The translations under genes and the position numbers were made by a program. 64,000 nt of DNA, from NCBI GenBank assembly GCA_963708295.1, contig CAVPSJ010000004.1, positions 192,001 through 256,000 on the forward strand, written 5' to 3'. Below, piece after piece: positions 1-10,274 of this stretch (position 1 is the stretch's first letter; each line of letters begins with the position of its first letter). Below the pieces are notes generated by a model that worked only from the letters and a program-made list of their open reading frames with translations, made no database searches and was not told the DNA's origin. Origin of the DNA: an uncultured delta proteobacterium. Lineage in GTDB: Bacteria > Desulfobacterota > BSN033 > UBA1163.

Positions 1-16
1 GAAGACTCTCCAAAGG

Positions 17-847
17 ATGATTCGCATGTCTGAGATATTTTTTCGCAGCATCAAAGGACTTCTGATGTTTGCCCTTTTCGGTCTTTTTCTCCTCGGCATC
101 TTTATTGAACTCCTGATCATTCTTCCGATCCTCTGGGTCCTCAACAGAATCCTTGGGCCTCAGCCTTACCGGATGCAGTGGACCATCCGCACCCTCGTGG
201 GCCTGTGGCTTTTCCTGCTGAGAGGATGCGGGCTGCTCAAGGCCGCGAAGCTCAAAGGAAAACTCTTCGATGGATCATGCGTGGTCGTTTCCAACCATCC
301 TGGTCTCTTCGATGTGCTCTTCCTGATCCGGGATGTCCCGCGCCTGTCCGTCATGGTTAAACAATCTCTGGCAAAAAAACTTCCTCTCGGCCCGGTTTTT
401 CGCTCAGCCGGGTATGTCCTCTCTCCCGACTTCGACCGGAGGGGCCCGTTCCAGTGCCTCGATGAGGCCATTGAGAAGATCCGCCTGGGGTACAAGTTTA
501 TGATTTTCCCAGAAGCCACTCGGTCCCCCAAAGGGAACCTGGGCAAGTTCAATGCCGGCCCGTTCATGCTTGCAAGGCTGTCGAATGTGCCGTTGCAGCC
601 GCTGTTTGTAAGAAACGATCCGCCCTTTCTCCCGAAGGAAGATAAATGGTATTTCCCTCCCTCCCGGGTCTCAACCCTTGAGATTGAATTCTGGGAACCC
701 ATCGATCCACCCAAGCCGGGGCAGGAGAAGGAGTTTGCCAGGAACCTGGAGGCTCGATACAGGAAGGCGTTGGGCTTAGTCTCTGAAAGAAACAGCGGTG
801 TGGATGCAGAGGGAGGAAATGGAACAGAACCAACCCCTTCCAGCTGA
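17..847 (+). CDS. Lysophospholipid/glycerol acyltransferase (PlsC-like)
   Basis: HxxxxD motif (NHPGLFD), FPEATRS motif, N-terminal hydrophobic helix. Confidence 0.85.
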   Translation: MIRMSEIFFRSIKGLLMFALFGLFLLGIFIELLIILPILWVLNRILGPQPYRMQWTIRTLVGLWLFLLRGCGLLKAAKLKGKLFDGSCVVVSNHPGLFDVLFLIRDVPRLSVMVKQSLAKKLPLGPVFRSAGYVLSPDFDRRGPFQCLDEAIEKIRLGYKFMIFPEATRSPKGNLGKFNAGPFMLARLSNVPLQPLFVRNDPPFLPKEDKWYFPPSRVSTLEIEFWEPIDPPKPGQEKEFARNLEARYRKALGLVSERNSGVDAEGGNGTEPTPSS

Positions 848-1286
848 ACCTCTCATCCCGCACCGGCTCCGAATGAGACTCATCGATTGGGTGAAGGCAC
901 CCACTCAGAGCGGTTTGCAGGCTGAGACGACCGTTACAGAAGCGTGGCCTCTCGACAAAGACGGAAAGGTCAGTTCCCTGATTTGTGTTGAGCTTGTGGC
1001 CCAGGCCATCTCTGCCCTGAGCACATGGCGCCGGGGTGAAGGGGCAAAACCCCGCGTCGGGCTGCTGGTTGGCATCAAAGAAGCAGAATTCTCTTATTCC
1101 AGCATCCCCGTGATGACTAGACTCTTCGTTCAGATTGATGAGCTTTACCATGTCGGGGACTACGCCGTGTTCCAGGGTAAGGTCAGCTCAGAGCTGACTT
1201 TCTTTTGTAAAACGATCATCCAGGTGTTGGAACCGGAAGAGGAAACCCTGTCGAACCTCATCACCTCACAGAGAATCGACTCCTAA
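819..1286 (+). CDS. Hotdog-fold 3-hydroxyacyl-ACP dehydratase-like protein (ApeP-like)
   Basis: LIPHR..MRLID, ELVAQAI, VGLLVG motifs; GGAGG RBS before ATG 819. Confidence 0.75.
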   Translation: MEQNQPLPAEPLIPHRLRMRLIDWVKAPTQSGLQAETTVTEAWPLDKDGKVSSLICVELVAQAISALSTWRRGEGAKPRVGLLVGIKEAEFSYSSIPVMTRLFVQIDELYHVGDYAVFQGKVSSELTFFCKTIIQVLEPEEETLSNLITSQRIDS

Positions 1287-1332
1287 GAAACTGTGCTATA
1301 AATTGACGAGGATCCACTTCCGCGTCGCAAGA

Positions 1333-1492
1333 CGGGACAGGTGGTCGGGTAACGAAGCTTTAGAGCGGAAACCTTTAATCAGTCAGCTACTGGCCTGCAA
1401 GCCCCTGAAAAAAATGTACTTGCGACAAGCTCGATGACCGATGATTATAGATGACCGCATTCTAAAGCTGAGGAATCTGACCGTCTGTCCCG
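1333..1492. repeat. Imperfect long inverted repeat (MITE-like or structured RNA)
   Basis: cgggacaggtggtc (1333) pairs with gaccgtctgtcccg (1479-1492); agctttagagcgg pairs with ccgcattctaaagct. Confidence 0.5.
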
Positions 1493-1556
1493 AGAATATC
1501 TACTCTCCTTCATGGTTAAGACAAGCTCTCTAAGAGAAGGAGAACGGAGGCCTATA

Positions 1557-2282
1557 ATGTCTAAACAGATTGCCCTCGTGACGGGCGGAAGTCGAGGAAT
1601 CGGACGCGCCATCTGCCTCGAGCTGGCGAAGAGCGGCTCCTATGTGGTGGTCAATTTCCGCTCTAACAAGAAAGCCGCCGAAGAGACACTGGAACTCATC
1701 CACCAGGCTGGAGGGATGGGAGAAATAGTTTGTTTCGATGTCGCTGACAAAGAAGCGACCGGGAAAAACATCGAGGCCCTTCTGACTCGCCATGAGGCGA
1801 TTGATATTCTCGTAAACAACGCAGGAGAAACTGCGGACAGTCTTTTTGCCCTCATGTCTTCCGAGGAATGGACGAAGGTGCTGAACACCTTCTTGCAAGG
1901 ATTCTACAATGTAACAAAGCCTGTTCTGATGAAAATGGTCGCCAGAAAGCGGGGCTCCATTGTGACCATCTCCTCCGTGTCCGCACGGCTCGGCCAACGG
2001 GGCCAGACAAACTACGCGGCTGCCAAGGCCGGCCTTGAAGGGGCTAGCCGATCCTTGGCTTCGGAGGTGGCTCGCCTCGGCATTCGGGTCAATGTGGTGG
2101 CGCCCGGACTGATTGAAACCGAGATGATCCAGAACCTTCCGACGGAGATCATGAAGCAGATCATCCCCATGGGTCGCGTGGGTCTTCCTGAAGAAGTAGC
2201 AAAAGTCGTTCGGTTCCTGTGCTCTGACGATGCCTCCTACATTACCGGCCAGGTCATCTCGGTGAATGGTGGCATGATCTAA
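1557..2282 (+). CDS. fabG: 3-oxoacyl-ACP reductase
   Basis: TGGSRGIG, NNAG, YAAAK, GQVISVNGG. Confidence 0.9.
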   Translation: MSKQIALVTGGSRGIGRAICLELAKSGSYVVVNFRSNKKAAEETLELIHQAGGMGEIVCFDVADKEATGKNIEALLTRHEAIDILVNNAGETADSLFALMSSEEWTKVLNTFLQGFYNVTKPVLMKMVARKRGSIVTISSVSARLGQRGQTNYAAAKAGLEGASRSLASEVARLGIRVNVVAPGLIETEMIQNLPTEIMKQIIPMGRVGLPEEVAKVVRFLCSDDASYITGQVISVNGGMI

Positions 2283-2302
2283 AAAGGTTTCTCAAAAACG
2301 CC

Positions 2303-2322
2303 CCTGCCTACCGGTAGGCAGG
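2303..2322. repeat. 20-bp perfect palindrome
   Basis: cctgcctaccggtaggcagg directly after fabG. Confidence 0.6.
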
Positions 2323-2412
2323 CATCTGCGGCGTTGCAACAATTATATATAGTAGGGAACGCATATATGCGTTCCTTACGGTTTCTAAATGTCCACGATG
2401 AAAGGGAGCAGG

Positions 2413-3024
2413 ATGAGAAAATTTCTTTTTTTGAATGTCCTGGTCACCGTGAGCCTCTTCTCCGCTACGCCAGCACTCTCCCAGGATTGGACCTCGCTCA
2501 AAGAGGCGTTCAAGAACATTCGATCCGTGAAGGCGGATTTCCTTCAGAAGAGATTTCTTCAGATCCTCACGAAACCCTTCCTCTCCGAAGGAAAGCTCTT
2601 TTTCAACACCCCCGATTCCCTGAGATGGGAATACCTCAGCCCGTTGCGGACCGTGATGCTTCAGAAGGGAAGTACCATTCAGGTATACAATTTCTCCGAG
2701 GGTAAGTGGAAGCCAGAAATGACACAGGCCGTTGAGGCAAGGCGGATGGTACTCGCGGAAATCAGTCGATGGTTTCAGGGTCGTTTCAATGAAAGCAAGA
2801 CATTCAAGCAGGACTACTCTCCGGGACCTCCTGCGCGAGTCACGATGGTCCCGGGGGAGGGAATCAACAGGTTCATCCAGCGGATTGAGATTGTCCTCGC
2901 TGCGAGGCCCGGTGTTATTGACCGGGTGGAGATAGAGGAACCCGGAGGCTCCCGAACGTCAATTGAATTCAGGAACGTGGAGATCAATTCCAATTTCTCT
3001 CCAGAGGTCTTCGAGAAACCATGA
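2413..3024 (+). CDS. LolA-like lipoprotein/lipid carrier
   Basis: Signal peptide; ADFLQKR, SEG, LRWEYLSP and C-terminal 'IEFRNVEIN...VF' pattern. Confidence 0.75.
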   Translation: MRKFLFLNVLVTVSLFSATPALSQDWTSLKEAFKNIRSVKADFLQKRFLQILTKPFLSEGKLFFNTPDSLRWEYLSPLRTVMLQKGSTIQVYNFSEGKWKPEMTQAVEARRMVLAEISRWFQGRFNESKTFKQDYSPGPPARVTMVPGEGINRFIQRIEIVLAARPGVIDRVEIEEPGGSRTSIEFRNVEINSNFSPEVFEKP

Positions 3025-3677
3025 CCTCGAGGAAATGTCTCGATATCTGTCTTCTGGGATTTTTCATCCTCTCTGTCGGGTGTGTCTCCCTATCGGAGAA
3101 AACCCTGGTGCCAGGCTCGCCCGATGATCTTCCAGGTTGCTACGCCGTCTTTCCTGCTGTGCCATGGGAGTCTGTGCATAAGCTTGAGGCCACCATCAGA
3201 GGAGGAGGCTCTTTCTCGCTGCTCGGGGTTACCAAGGGCGAACCATCGGAGCGCAGGCTTCAGAGCCTCTTGCTTACCCCTGAGGGATTCATCCTATTCG
3301 ATGCAGAACTCCAGGATGGTGAAATGGCCGTACGAAAGGCTATGGTTCCTTTCGACTCACCGGCCTTTGCCGGAGGGCTGATGGAGGATGTGTCTCTCCT
3401 CTTTCTTCCTCCAAAGGATAAGCCCACAGGATGGGAAAAGAAAGCGGATGGTACGATGATCTGCAACTGGAGAGGCCCTGACGATTCTCATACAGAGGTT
3501 AAGGGATCGATGGAAGGCGGCTGGCGAATCCTGCGCCGGGATAAATATAGAGAGGTGATAAAGGAGGTTGCCCTGAAAGGACCATTTGTCAACGGTCTTG
3601 CCTCTCATGTGGAACTCCACGCATTCGAACCAACATCCTACAAATTGAGGATGACCTTGGTCCAGCCATCCCCCTGA
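3021..3677 (+). CDS. Lipoprotein, possibly DUF3261/LolB-like
   Basis: Lipobox LSVGC; ATGA overlap with the LolA-like gene; 'LLTPEGFILFD' segment. Confidence 0.55.
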   Translation: MTSRKCLDICLLGFFILSVGCVSLSEKTLVPGSPDDLPGCYAVFPAVPWESVHKLEATIRGGGSFSLLGVTKGEPSERRLQSLLLTPEGFILFDAELQDGEMAVRKAMVPFDSPAFAGGLMEDVSLLFLPPKDKPTGWEKKADGTMICNWRGPDDSHTEVKGSMEGGWRILRRDKYREVIKEVALKGPFVNGLASHVELHAFEPTSYKLRMTLVQPSP

Positions 3678-4021
3678 TGCCTAAAAGAAGATGCCTGAAA
3701 AGAAAGTTTTTATTTTAATGTGCGAAGAAGTTGAAGGAGAAGCTCAGGTCTGCCGGTTCTATGGCTTCGAATTCCCAGAGCAAGAAGTCCTTCCTATTAA
3801 AGAAATAATTGAAAAGCGATCCGTCTGGATGTTGAGTACCTGTACTCGTGATTTTCTAAAATCCTCCTTCTATACAACCTTTAAGTGGTAATCAATAATT
3901 CTTGCAATAATTCTTGTTGAAGTTTCCGTTCAAAATGAGTAAACTTTTGTCAAACCATAGGGGTTTAGACCAACCTCCTAACTAATCTTTGCGGGTTCCC
4001 TGCAAAACGTTTGCTCTAACC

Positions 4022-5806
4022 ATGAACCGGTTGCGCATCATTGTTTTGTCGTTTATCCTACTTTGCCTGAACTGCAGCTCCCTGCACCCGGATCGACCTG
4101 TCTTCGAAAGGGGAGATTTTCAAGGGGCGGCAGCCGTTCTCGATACCATCATCAGGAATAACCTGAAGCAGCAGCGGATCCCCGGCGCCGCCGTCGCCCT
4201 GGTGCATGAGGGTCGGGTGATCTTCTCGCGATGCTATGGGTATGCGGATACCGGAAAAAAGGTTCCAATTACAGAAGACACCTATTTCATGGTCGGTTCC
4301 CTGACAAAATCCTTTACGGCGCTGGCCGTACTCAAACTCATCGAACAGGGAAAAATCGATCCGAATATCGATATAAAAACTTATCTCCCCGGTTTTTCCA
4401 TCAGAAACCTTTATGAGGGTGAAGCCACGATCACCGTCAACCACCTTCTCACGCATACGTCAGGACTGATGATTGATTATTATGCCCATTTGACCGGTGA
4501 AAAAAAGTATTCCAACGCCGATCTCCTCTCCCAATTACAAAATGAATACCTCTGCTTTATGCCGGGCTCTGCCTCCAAGTATTCGAATATCGGATACCGG
4601 CTGCTCGGCATGATGATCGAGCAGGTCACCCATGAGGGATTTGAAAGCTATGTTGATAAAGAAGTTTTTAAACTCCTCGGGATGAACAAGTCATCCTTTC
4701 ATTATACGGAGGATATGGCTCTTCACATGTCCAAGGGCCATAATGGTGATACAGAGATCACAAGAGTTGACAATGAGGATAAGTCTGCCAGCGGCCTATT
4801 CAGCACGCTGAAGGATATGACCGTATTCTTGAAATTTCTGTCCTCCAGGACTATCCCCTCAACGGGGGGAATCAATCATGATGCCATCATCGATTCAATC
4901 ATAAAGAATGCCAATCCTGCTATCGACACGTTTTACGACAGCAAAAACATATATTCTACCGGATGGTATTTGAATTCCTATCAGTTCCAGGGCATCCATA
5001 CGGTGCTCTCCAGCAGCGGGAATATCAACGGTTTCTCCACGGCAATGACGTACCTCCCTGAAGAGAGACTCGGAATCGTCGTTTTGACGAATTCATCTCT
5101 TGGATGGAAAGCTAACATGGATATCATCGCCAGGGGCCTCCGTGGTTTGGTTGACGCGACCAGAGGCACCGCAACCCGGAGGCCCGACGGAGAAAATGAA
5201 AAGAATATCAATTCAACAGCGGAATATGATTCTTTGTGCGGACGGTACGTGGGTTTTGGTCCCATTGTCGATATTTTCCAGAAGAAGAATAGGTTATACG
5301 CAAAGTTTAAAGGCCCTGCGGCCCTGCTTATCCCCGAAGGCGATGGTGTTTTCAAACCCGTTCTCCGAATCCTCTTTTTGGATATCGATGTGGCGCGATT
5401 TACCGAATATGAAAGTATACGGTTCAGATTTGGCAACAATCGACGGGGGGATAAATTCCTCTACATGGAAGCCCGGATAGGCGAATCAACATTCTCAATC
5501 CCCCTTCATCATTACCAGAAAGGCGATATCCCGAAGACCTACAGCCGCTATTATGGCACCTGGGTTTTAGATGAAAATGATACTTACCCGAATATCCTGA
5601 AACTCTATCTGCCATCCAATCGATTGACTTTTTTCGAAAAGGACGGATGGCCCACGATTAAAATAAATACCTGGATGGGTGAGGGACAGCTGCTGCTCGT
5701 ACCGTTGTCAGAAAACCTGGCACGTATCGCCGGCTCGGGGGAAATTGTTTCAATTAACGATGATACGGTAAATTATATCGGGCTTTCTTTTAAGAAAGTC
5801 CGGTGA
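4022..5806 (+). CDS. Beta-lactamase-family serine hydrolase lipoprotein with C-terminal extension
   Basis: SxxK (SLTK), LLTHTSG, YSN; signal peptide with CLNC. Confidence 0.85.
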   Translation: MNRLRIIVLSFILLCLNCSSLHPDRPVFERGDFQGAAAVLDTIIRNNLKQQRIPGAAVALVHEGRVIFSRCYGYADTGKKVPITEDTYFMVGSLTKSFTALAVLKLIEQGKIDPNIDIKTYLPGFSIRNLYEGEATITVNHLLTHTSGLMIDYYAHLTGEKKYSNADLLSQLQNEYLCFMPGSASKYSNIGYRLLGMMIEQVTHEGFESYVDKEVFKLLGMNKSSFHYTEDMALHMSKGHNGDTEITRVDNEDKSASGLFSTLKDMTVFLKFLSSRTIPSTGGINHDAIIDSIIKNANPAIDTFYDSKNIYSTGWYLNSYQFQGIHTVLSSSGNINGFSTAMTYLPEERLGIVVLTNSSLGWKANMDIIARGLRGLVDATRGTATRRPDGENEKNINSTAEYDSLCGRYVGFGPIVDIFQKKNRLYAKFKGPAALLIPEGDGVFKPVLRILFLDIDVARFTEYESIRFRFGNNRRGDKFLYMEARIGESTFSIPLHHYQKGDIPKTYSRYYGTWVLDENDTYPNILKLYLPSNRLTFFEKDGWPTIKINTWMGEGQLLLVPLSENLARIAGSGEIVSINDDTVNYIGLSFKKVR

Positions 5807-6050
5807 GACAGTCCGGAGCGATCTGGCTGGATCCTCCGCACAATTCTTGGATATAACCCCCTAACGCAGGCCAATCATTACTTTTTGTAGGTGAAAGCCG
5901 TAACATGATTTTTTTGCTCGGCGGGATTTTGGAAAACGAAGACTCCTTCCTGTAACTTGCTGTTCCATAATTCTTGAAAATCGCTTATATTAATACCACA
6001 AATGAACAATGGGGTTCTGCCCCTCAACCGAAGTGTTATGGAGAAGTAAA

Positions 6051-6250
6051 GAACCCCCCCACAGGGCGGGGCTTTAAAACCTAAATTCTAAAGCCCAAAA
6101 CCGAGATCCCGAAACAAGTTCGGGATGACAAAAAGATCAGAACCGAACCGTCATGTCATGCTGAACTTGTTTCAGCATCTGATTTATTTTTTCTGCTTTC
6201 AGCAGACGCACCTTTCATCCCCGTCCACAGGACGGGGTTTTCAGGTGCGA
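6051..6250. mobile_element. Non-autonomous composite palindromic element, copy 1
   Basis: Terminal hairpins (ccccccacagggcgggg; ccccgtccacaggacgggg) enclosing gatcccgaaacaagttcgggatgac and gtcatgctgaacttgtttcagcatc; second copy at about 41655-41850. Confidence 0.65.
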
Positions 6251-6390
6251 TCTTAATAAAATGAAAAGCATCCTCATCACAATAATTGCTCTTCTGTTGG
6301 TGCAATCGACATTTGCGTCGCAAGAGGGTATGCTTTAATTCTCTGAATTTAAAATTCAATCAAACGCGATTGCTGAGTCTGGTGTTGCAA

Positions 6391-7263
6391 ATGATAAAAA
6401 AATATGCACTTCCATTAATGTTTATCATCGTATTTACTGTGGTTGGTCTATGTGTTTTTGCATTCAAACAACCGGTGGAATACTTCTTTCTATTTGCGGG
6501 AATGGGCACTGCTCAAGCGTTTTGTGAATGGCTGACTATATTTTATCCTTCAAAAAAACAAACCATTAGAAGAATCTTTCAGGCCTCTGTTGGAGGGATG
6601 CTTTTTATCTGGTTATCTTTACGTGTGGGTGTTAATTTTCAATTTACTCAGATAGTTTTTGGTTTTTTTGGCGGTGTTACAACGGCTGCATTAATACAGT
6701 TTATTATAGCAAGAATTGTATTCCCCTTTTTTATTGGAAATGGTTTTTGTTCAAGAGCATGCTGGGATGGTGTTATTTTTGAACTTGTTCAGGATAAAAT
6801 TCCTAAAGCAAAACACCCAAGAAAAAGAAATGAGGTAATTGCATTCTCATATTTAATCGGATTAATTTTAATCGGAGCAATTGTCTCATCAATCAATAAC
6901 CCGGCAACTAATGAATCTGTCTCTCGATATTGGATTGTGGGTGAAAATCTAGTATTATTGACCTTGGGAATCGGACTATCAGGTTTTTGGGGAAGTAGAA
7001 TATATTGCAGAACTTTTTGTCCATTTATTTCAGTCTCAGGGATTTTATCAAAGTTTTCTGTTTTTAAAATAACCCCTATAAATTATACAAAGTGCACCTC
7101 CTGTGGCGAATGTAATAAGTCATGTCCTATGTTGGTAGATGTTCGTGAATCAGTAAAAAATAATAAGCGCATCGACCATAAAAGTTGTATTGTTTGTGAG
7201 CATTGTGTGACTGCCTGTCCTGAAGAATGTCTGAGACTGTCTCCTGGTTTACCATGGAAGTAA
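6391..7263 (+). CDS. Membrane 4Fe-4S binding protein (NapH/MauN/YccM-like)
   Basis: Multiple TM helices, CxxxCW and CxxxCP motifs, two CxxCxxCxxxCP; visibly AT-rich. Confidence 0.8.
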   Translation: MIKKYALPLMFIIVFTVVGLCVFAFKQPVEYFFLFAGMGTAQAFCEWLTIFYPSKKQTIRRIFQASVGGMLFIWLSLRVGVNFQFTQIVFGFFGGVTTAALIQFIIARIVFPFFIGNGFCSRACWDGVIFELVQDKIPKAKHPRKRNEVIAFSYLIGLILIGAIVSSINNPATNESVSRYWIVGENLVLLTLGIGLSGFWGSRIYCRTFCPFISVSGILSKFSVFKITPINYTKCTSCGECNKSCPMLVDVRESVKNNKRIDHKSCIVCEHCVTACPEECLRLSPGLPWK

Positions 7264-7491
7264 TAATTTATATTAATTAAGAAAGTTAGTTTTTCGCCCT
7301 TGAAATGAAAACACGTCACCCCATGCTCCCTTTCATCCCGAAATCATCAATGTCTTATGCGTGGTGCTCCTCATCCTTTGTAGGTGTACTTTGGACCCCT
7401 CTGCATCTTCGGCAATTTTGGAGTTCCCATTTTGGCAAAGAATGAGGGAAAGTAAAATGCGCTTGAGTGAACACCAAGGACAAGGAGGTCG

Positions 7492-8049
7492 ATGATGAAT
7501 ATTTCAGAGGCAATCGCAAAGAGGAAGAGCGTAAGAGCATACTTGGATAAGCCGATTCCCGCCGATGATCTGGCGAAGATCGTCGAGGCCGGCCGGTGGG
7601 CGCCGAATGCCGGACCATTCCAGATTTCGGTGGTCCGCAACGCGGGGTTGCGAAAAAGGATCAATGACCGGACGCTCGATGCCATGGTTCACTCCAACAA
7701 TGAGTTTCTACAACAGCGGGCGTCCCTGCCAGGATATCAACCGATCTACGGCGCGCCGGTGCTGATCCTGCTTTCCGCGCCAGCGAATGCTCCCTACAGC
7801 GCGCTCAATACAGCGCTCGCCGCAGAAAACATGCTCCTCGAAGCGACCGGGCTGGGCCTGGGATCATGTCATCTCATTACTCCCACCTTGGCGTTGAATG
7901 GGGAGAACAATCGTGACCTGGCCCGAGAGGCAGGCATCCCGGATGGCCACGTGGTCCAGTGCGCGGTTATTGTAGGTTACGCCGCGGCTGAGAATAAGTT
8001 CACGGCTAGCGAGCGCACGAGGAAGGGCTCCGTAAACTACGTCGACTGA
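7492..8049 (+). CDS. Nitroreductase family protein
   Basis: RKSVRAY, AGRWAPN, AAENMLLEATGLGLGSC; AGGAGG RBS. Confidence 0.9.
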   Translation: MMNISEAIAKRKSVRAYLDKPIPADDLAKIVEAGRWAPNAGPFQISVVRNAGLRKRINDRTLDAMVHSNNEFLQQRASLPGYQPIYGAPVLILLSAPANAPYSALNTALAAENMLLEATGLGLGSCHLITPTLALNGENNRDLAREAGIPDGHVVQCAVIVGYAAAENKFTASERTRKGSVNYVD

Positions 8050-8161
8050 AGGTACCTTCCGCCTTGAAAATGGAAGGGAGACGTGTCGGAACACGTCAAC
8101 CGGACACGCCAACCGGAGCGTCGTTGAAGAACAGGTCTTTACACGGAAATGTATAGTGACC

Positions 8162-8330
8162 ATGATTAAACGCGCGATGATGCGGATAGGAACACTTACT
8201 TTGTTTACCTTGCCGCTTCCACTCGCCCTTCTCGCGGCCGCAGCCCCACGAATCGAGACCGGCTTTTTAGACCGGGAGGTCACGCTTGGCAGCGTCAGCT
8301 ATCGCTATCAGGCATACGGAGGTACTGATG
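8162..8330 (+). pseudogene. Remnant of an exported esterase/peptidase N-terminus
   Basis: Signal peptide plus ETGFLDREVTLGSVSYRYQ, then protein-like sequence is lost. Confidence 0.4.
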
Positions 8331-8682
8331 TTTCTTCCAAACTGTTTTTCCCTGAGGGACCCATCCCCCTGTCTCCTGAGGCATTCATCCTAGAAAGAAT
8401 AATTCCGCGCGTATTTCTATCAATCATCCCTTACCTTTCGGAGTTACGTACGGTGAACATCAATAGGCGGAGGCGATCACCGGGTTTTTTAACTTTTCCT
8501 TCCCAAAGGCGTGATTTTTAACTCTGGGTTCGAGTTGCGATACTCCAAAGAGGGATCCGCAGCGTGATCGTTTAATAGCCTCTTTGACATTGAATCCCAG
8601 GACTCAATGATTAAATTTTAATCGGGATGTGAATGTGGCTTCTGCTGCCTAATCTATGGATTTGAACGGAGGTGTTTCCGCA

Positions 8683-8850
8683 ATGAGGAGATGGTTGAAT
8701 ATGTTCATGGCGCTCGTGATCTTAACCTTTACGCTTTTCTCTTTTGGGTGCGCAGGGACGTATAGGTCCACTGAGTGTGAGACCCCCGCGTTCAGTGCCA
8801 ACTCGAACTGTATGAACAACTTGAGATACTATGAGAGGTTCGGCTACTAA
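8683..8850 (+). CDS. Small lipoprotein
   Basis: GGAGGTG RBS, basic N-terminus, hydrophobic core, lipobox FGC. Confidence 0.55.
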   Translation: MRRWLNMFMALVILTFTLFSFGCAGTYRSTECETPAFSANSNCMNNLRYYERFGY

Positions 8851-8966
8851 CGGCAGTATCCGTCCAACATTCCAACCCGTGACCTTTCCAAAATTTCGCG
8901 CGCCCCGTTAAGAACTGCTCTAACTCCTTATATTCCTATCCTCTTAGGAGGTTCCCCGGCCCTTTT

Positions 8967-10274
8967 CTATCGACCCATTAATGTGTAAGGCAGAAAGGTC
9001 GCGATTTGAGGAAAGAGGAAAAGAAGCGCTGCAACAAAAATAAAACTTAACAGGAACGGGAGAACGCCGCCATAAATCACTTTAAAGGATTCGCCTGTAA
9101 TGCTCTTGACCACAAAGACGCCCACCGCCACAGGCGGAATGATCGTGCCAATCATGATCGTAATCCCAATCATCACGCCGAACCAAATGGGGTCATACCC
9201 AAGCTTTGGAATAGCCGGGTACAAGATGGGAGTGGCAAGAATCATAAAGGCCATATCATCGATGAAAGAGCCCCCCAGCAAGTAGAAAAAGCAGATGACC
9301 ACCATGATCAGTTCCTTCGACAGGGGGAGCGAAGTGAGCCAATCTGCCGCAATCTGTGGAATGGTCGTGATCGCGAAGAAATGCGCCAGGATGGCGGAGC
9401 ATGCAATGAGGAAGAGGACCATGACCCCATTTCTTAACGACTCATCGATGGACTTGACAAAAAGCTTGATGGTCAGGCCCCTCCTTAACAAGGCCAGAAT
9501 CAAGACAGCAACCGTTCCGATCGTCCCTGCCTCTGTGGGCGTGAATAGTCCTGACATGATTCCACCGATCACGAGGGAAAAAATGACAGCCACGGCGATG
9601 AATTCGGGCAGCGCCCGGACCCTTTCTCCCCAGGTAAAACTCACGGTAGACTTTGGGCCAAGTGTAGGATCGATCTTACACCATACATAGATAATGGCGA
9701 TGCAGAAAAAGGAAATGAGCAATGCAGGAAATATCCCTGCGAGGAAGAGCTTCCCGATCGACTGCTCCGTCATGATGCCGAAGACGATCATCGTGATACT
9801 CGGAGGGAGGATAATTCCAAGGGTGCCCACGCTGGCGACGGTCCCCGTGGATAACTTCTTGCTATACTTATAGTTCGTCATTTCCGGGATAGCGACCATT
9901 GAAAAAGTGGCAGCCGTGCCGAGGGTAGAGCCGGACATGGCTTTAAACATCGTCGCTGCAACCACCGTCGCCATGGCCAGACCTCCCGGGATGCGACCGA
10001 TCAATTTGTAGGCGGCGTCATAAAGTCTCTTGGCGATCCCTGAATGAAAGGCGATTTGCCCCATGAGCATGAAAAGGGGGATGACCGTCAAGCTATACGC
10101 GGATAAAGTGTCGAGGAAATCCTGGGCGAAAAGATTAAAGGCAACGTCAAACCCCGAGAGCAAGGCGTAACCCACGATCCCTGTGATGGCGATTCCGAAA
10201 GCCAATTCGATCCCCGTAAGAAAGAAAAAGAGAATAAAGAAACACGCGATAATGCCCAGGGTGATCTCATCCAT
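8967..10274 (-). CDS. dctM: TRAP transporter large permease
   Basis: IPLFMLMG, GTLGIILPPS, FTPTEAG; highly hydrophobic. Confidence 0.92.
   Translation of the reverse strand: MDEITLGIIACFFILFFFLTGIELAFGIAITGIVGYALLSGFDVAFNLFAQDFLDTLSAYSLTVIPLFMLMGQIAFHSGIAKRLYDAAYKLIGRIPGGLAMATVVAATMFKAMSGSTLGTAATFSMVAIPEMTNYKYSKKLSTGTVASVGTLGIILPPSITMIVFGIMTEQSIGKLFLAGIFPALLISFFCIAIIYVWCKIDPTLGPKSTVSFTWGERVRALPEFIAVAVIFSLVIGGIMSGLFTPTEAGTIGTVAVLILALLRRGLTIKLFVKSIDESLRNGVMVLFLIACSAILAHFFAITTIPQIAADWLTSLPLSKELIMVVICFFYLLGGSFIDDMAFMILATPILYPAIPKLGYDPIWFGVMIGITIMIGTIIPPVAVGVFVVKSITGESFKVIYGGVLPFLLSFIFVAALLFLFPQIATFLPYTLMGR

Noticed and set aside
3691-3891. 66-aa ORF after the lipoprotein
   Set aside because: No motif or clear RBS; could be a remnant but cannot be supported
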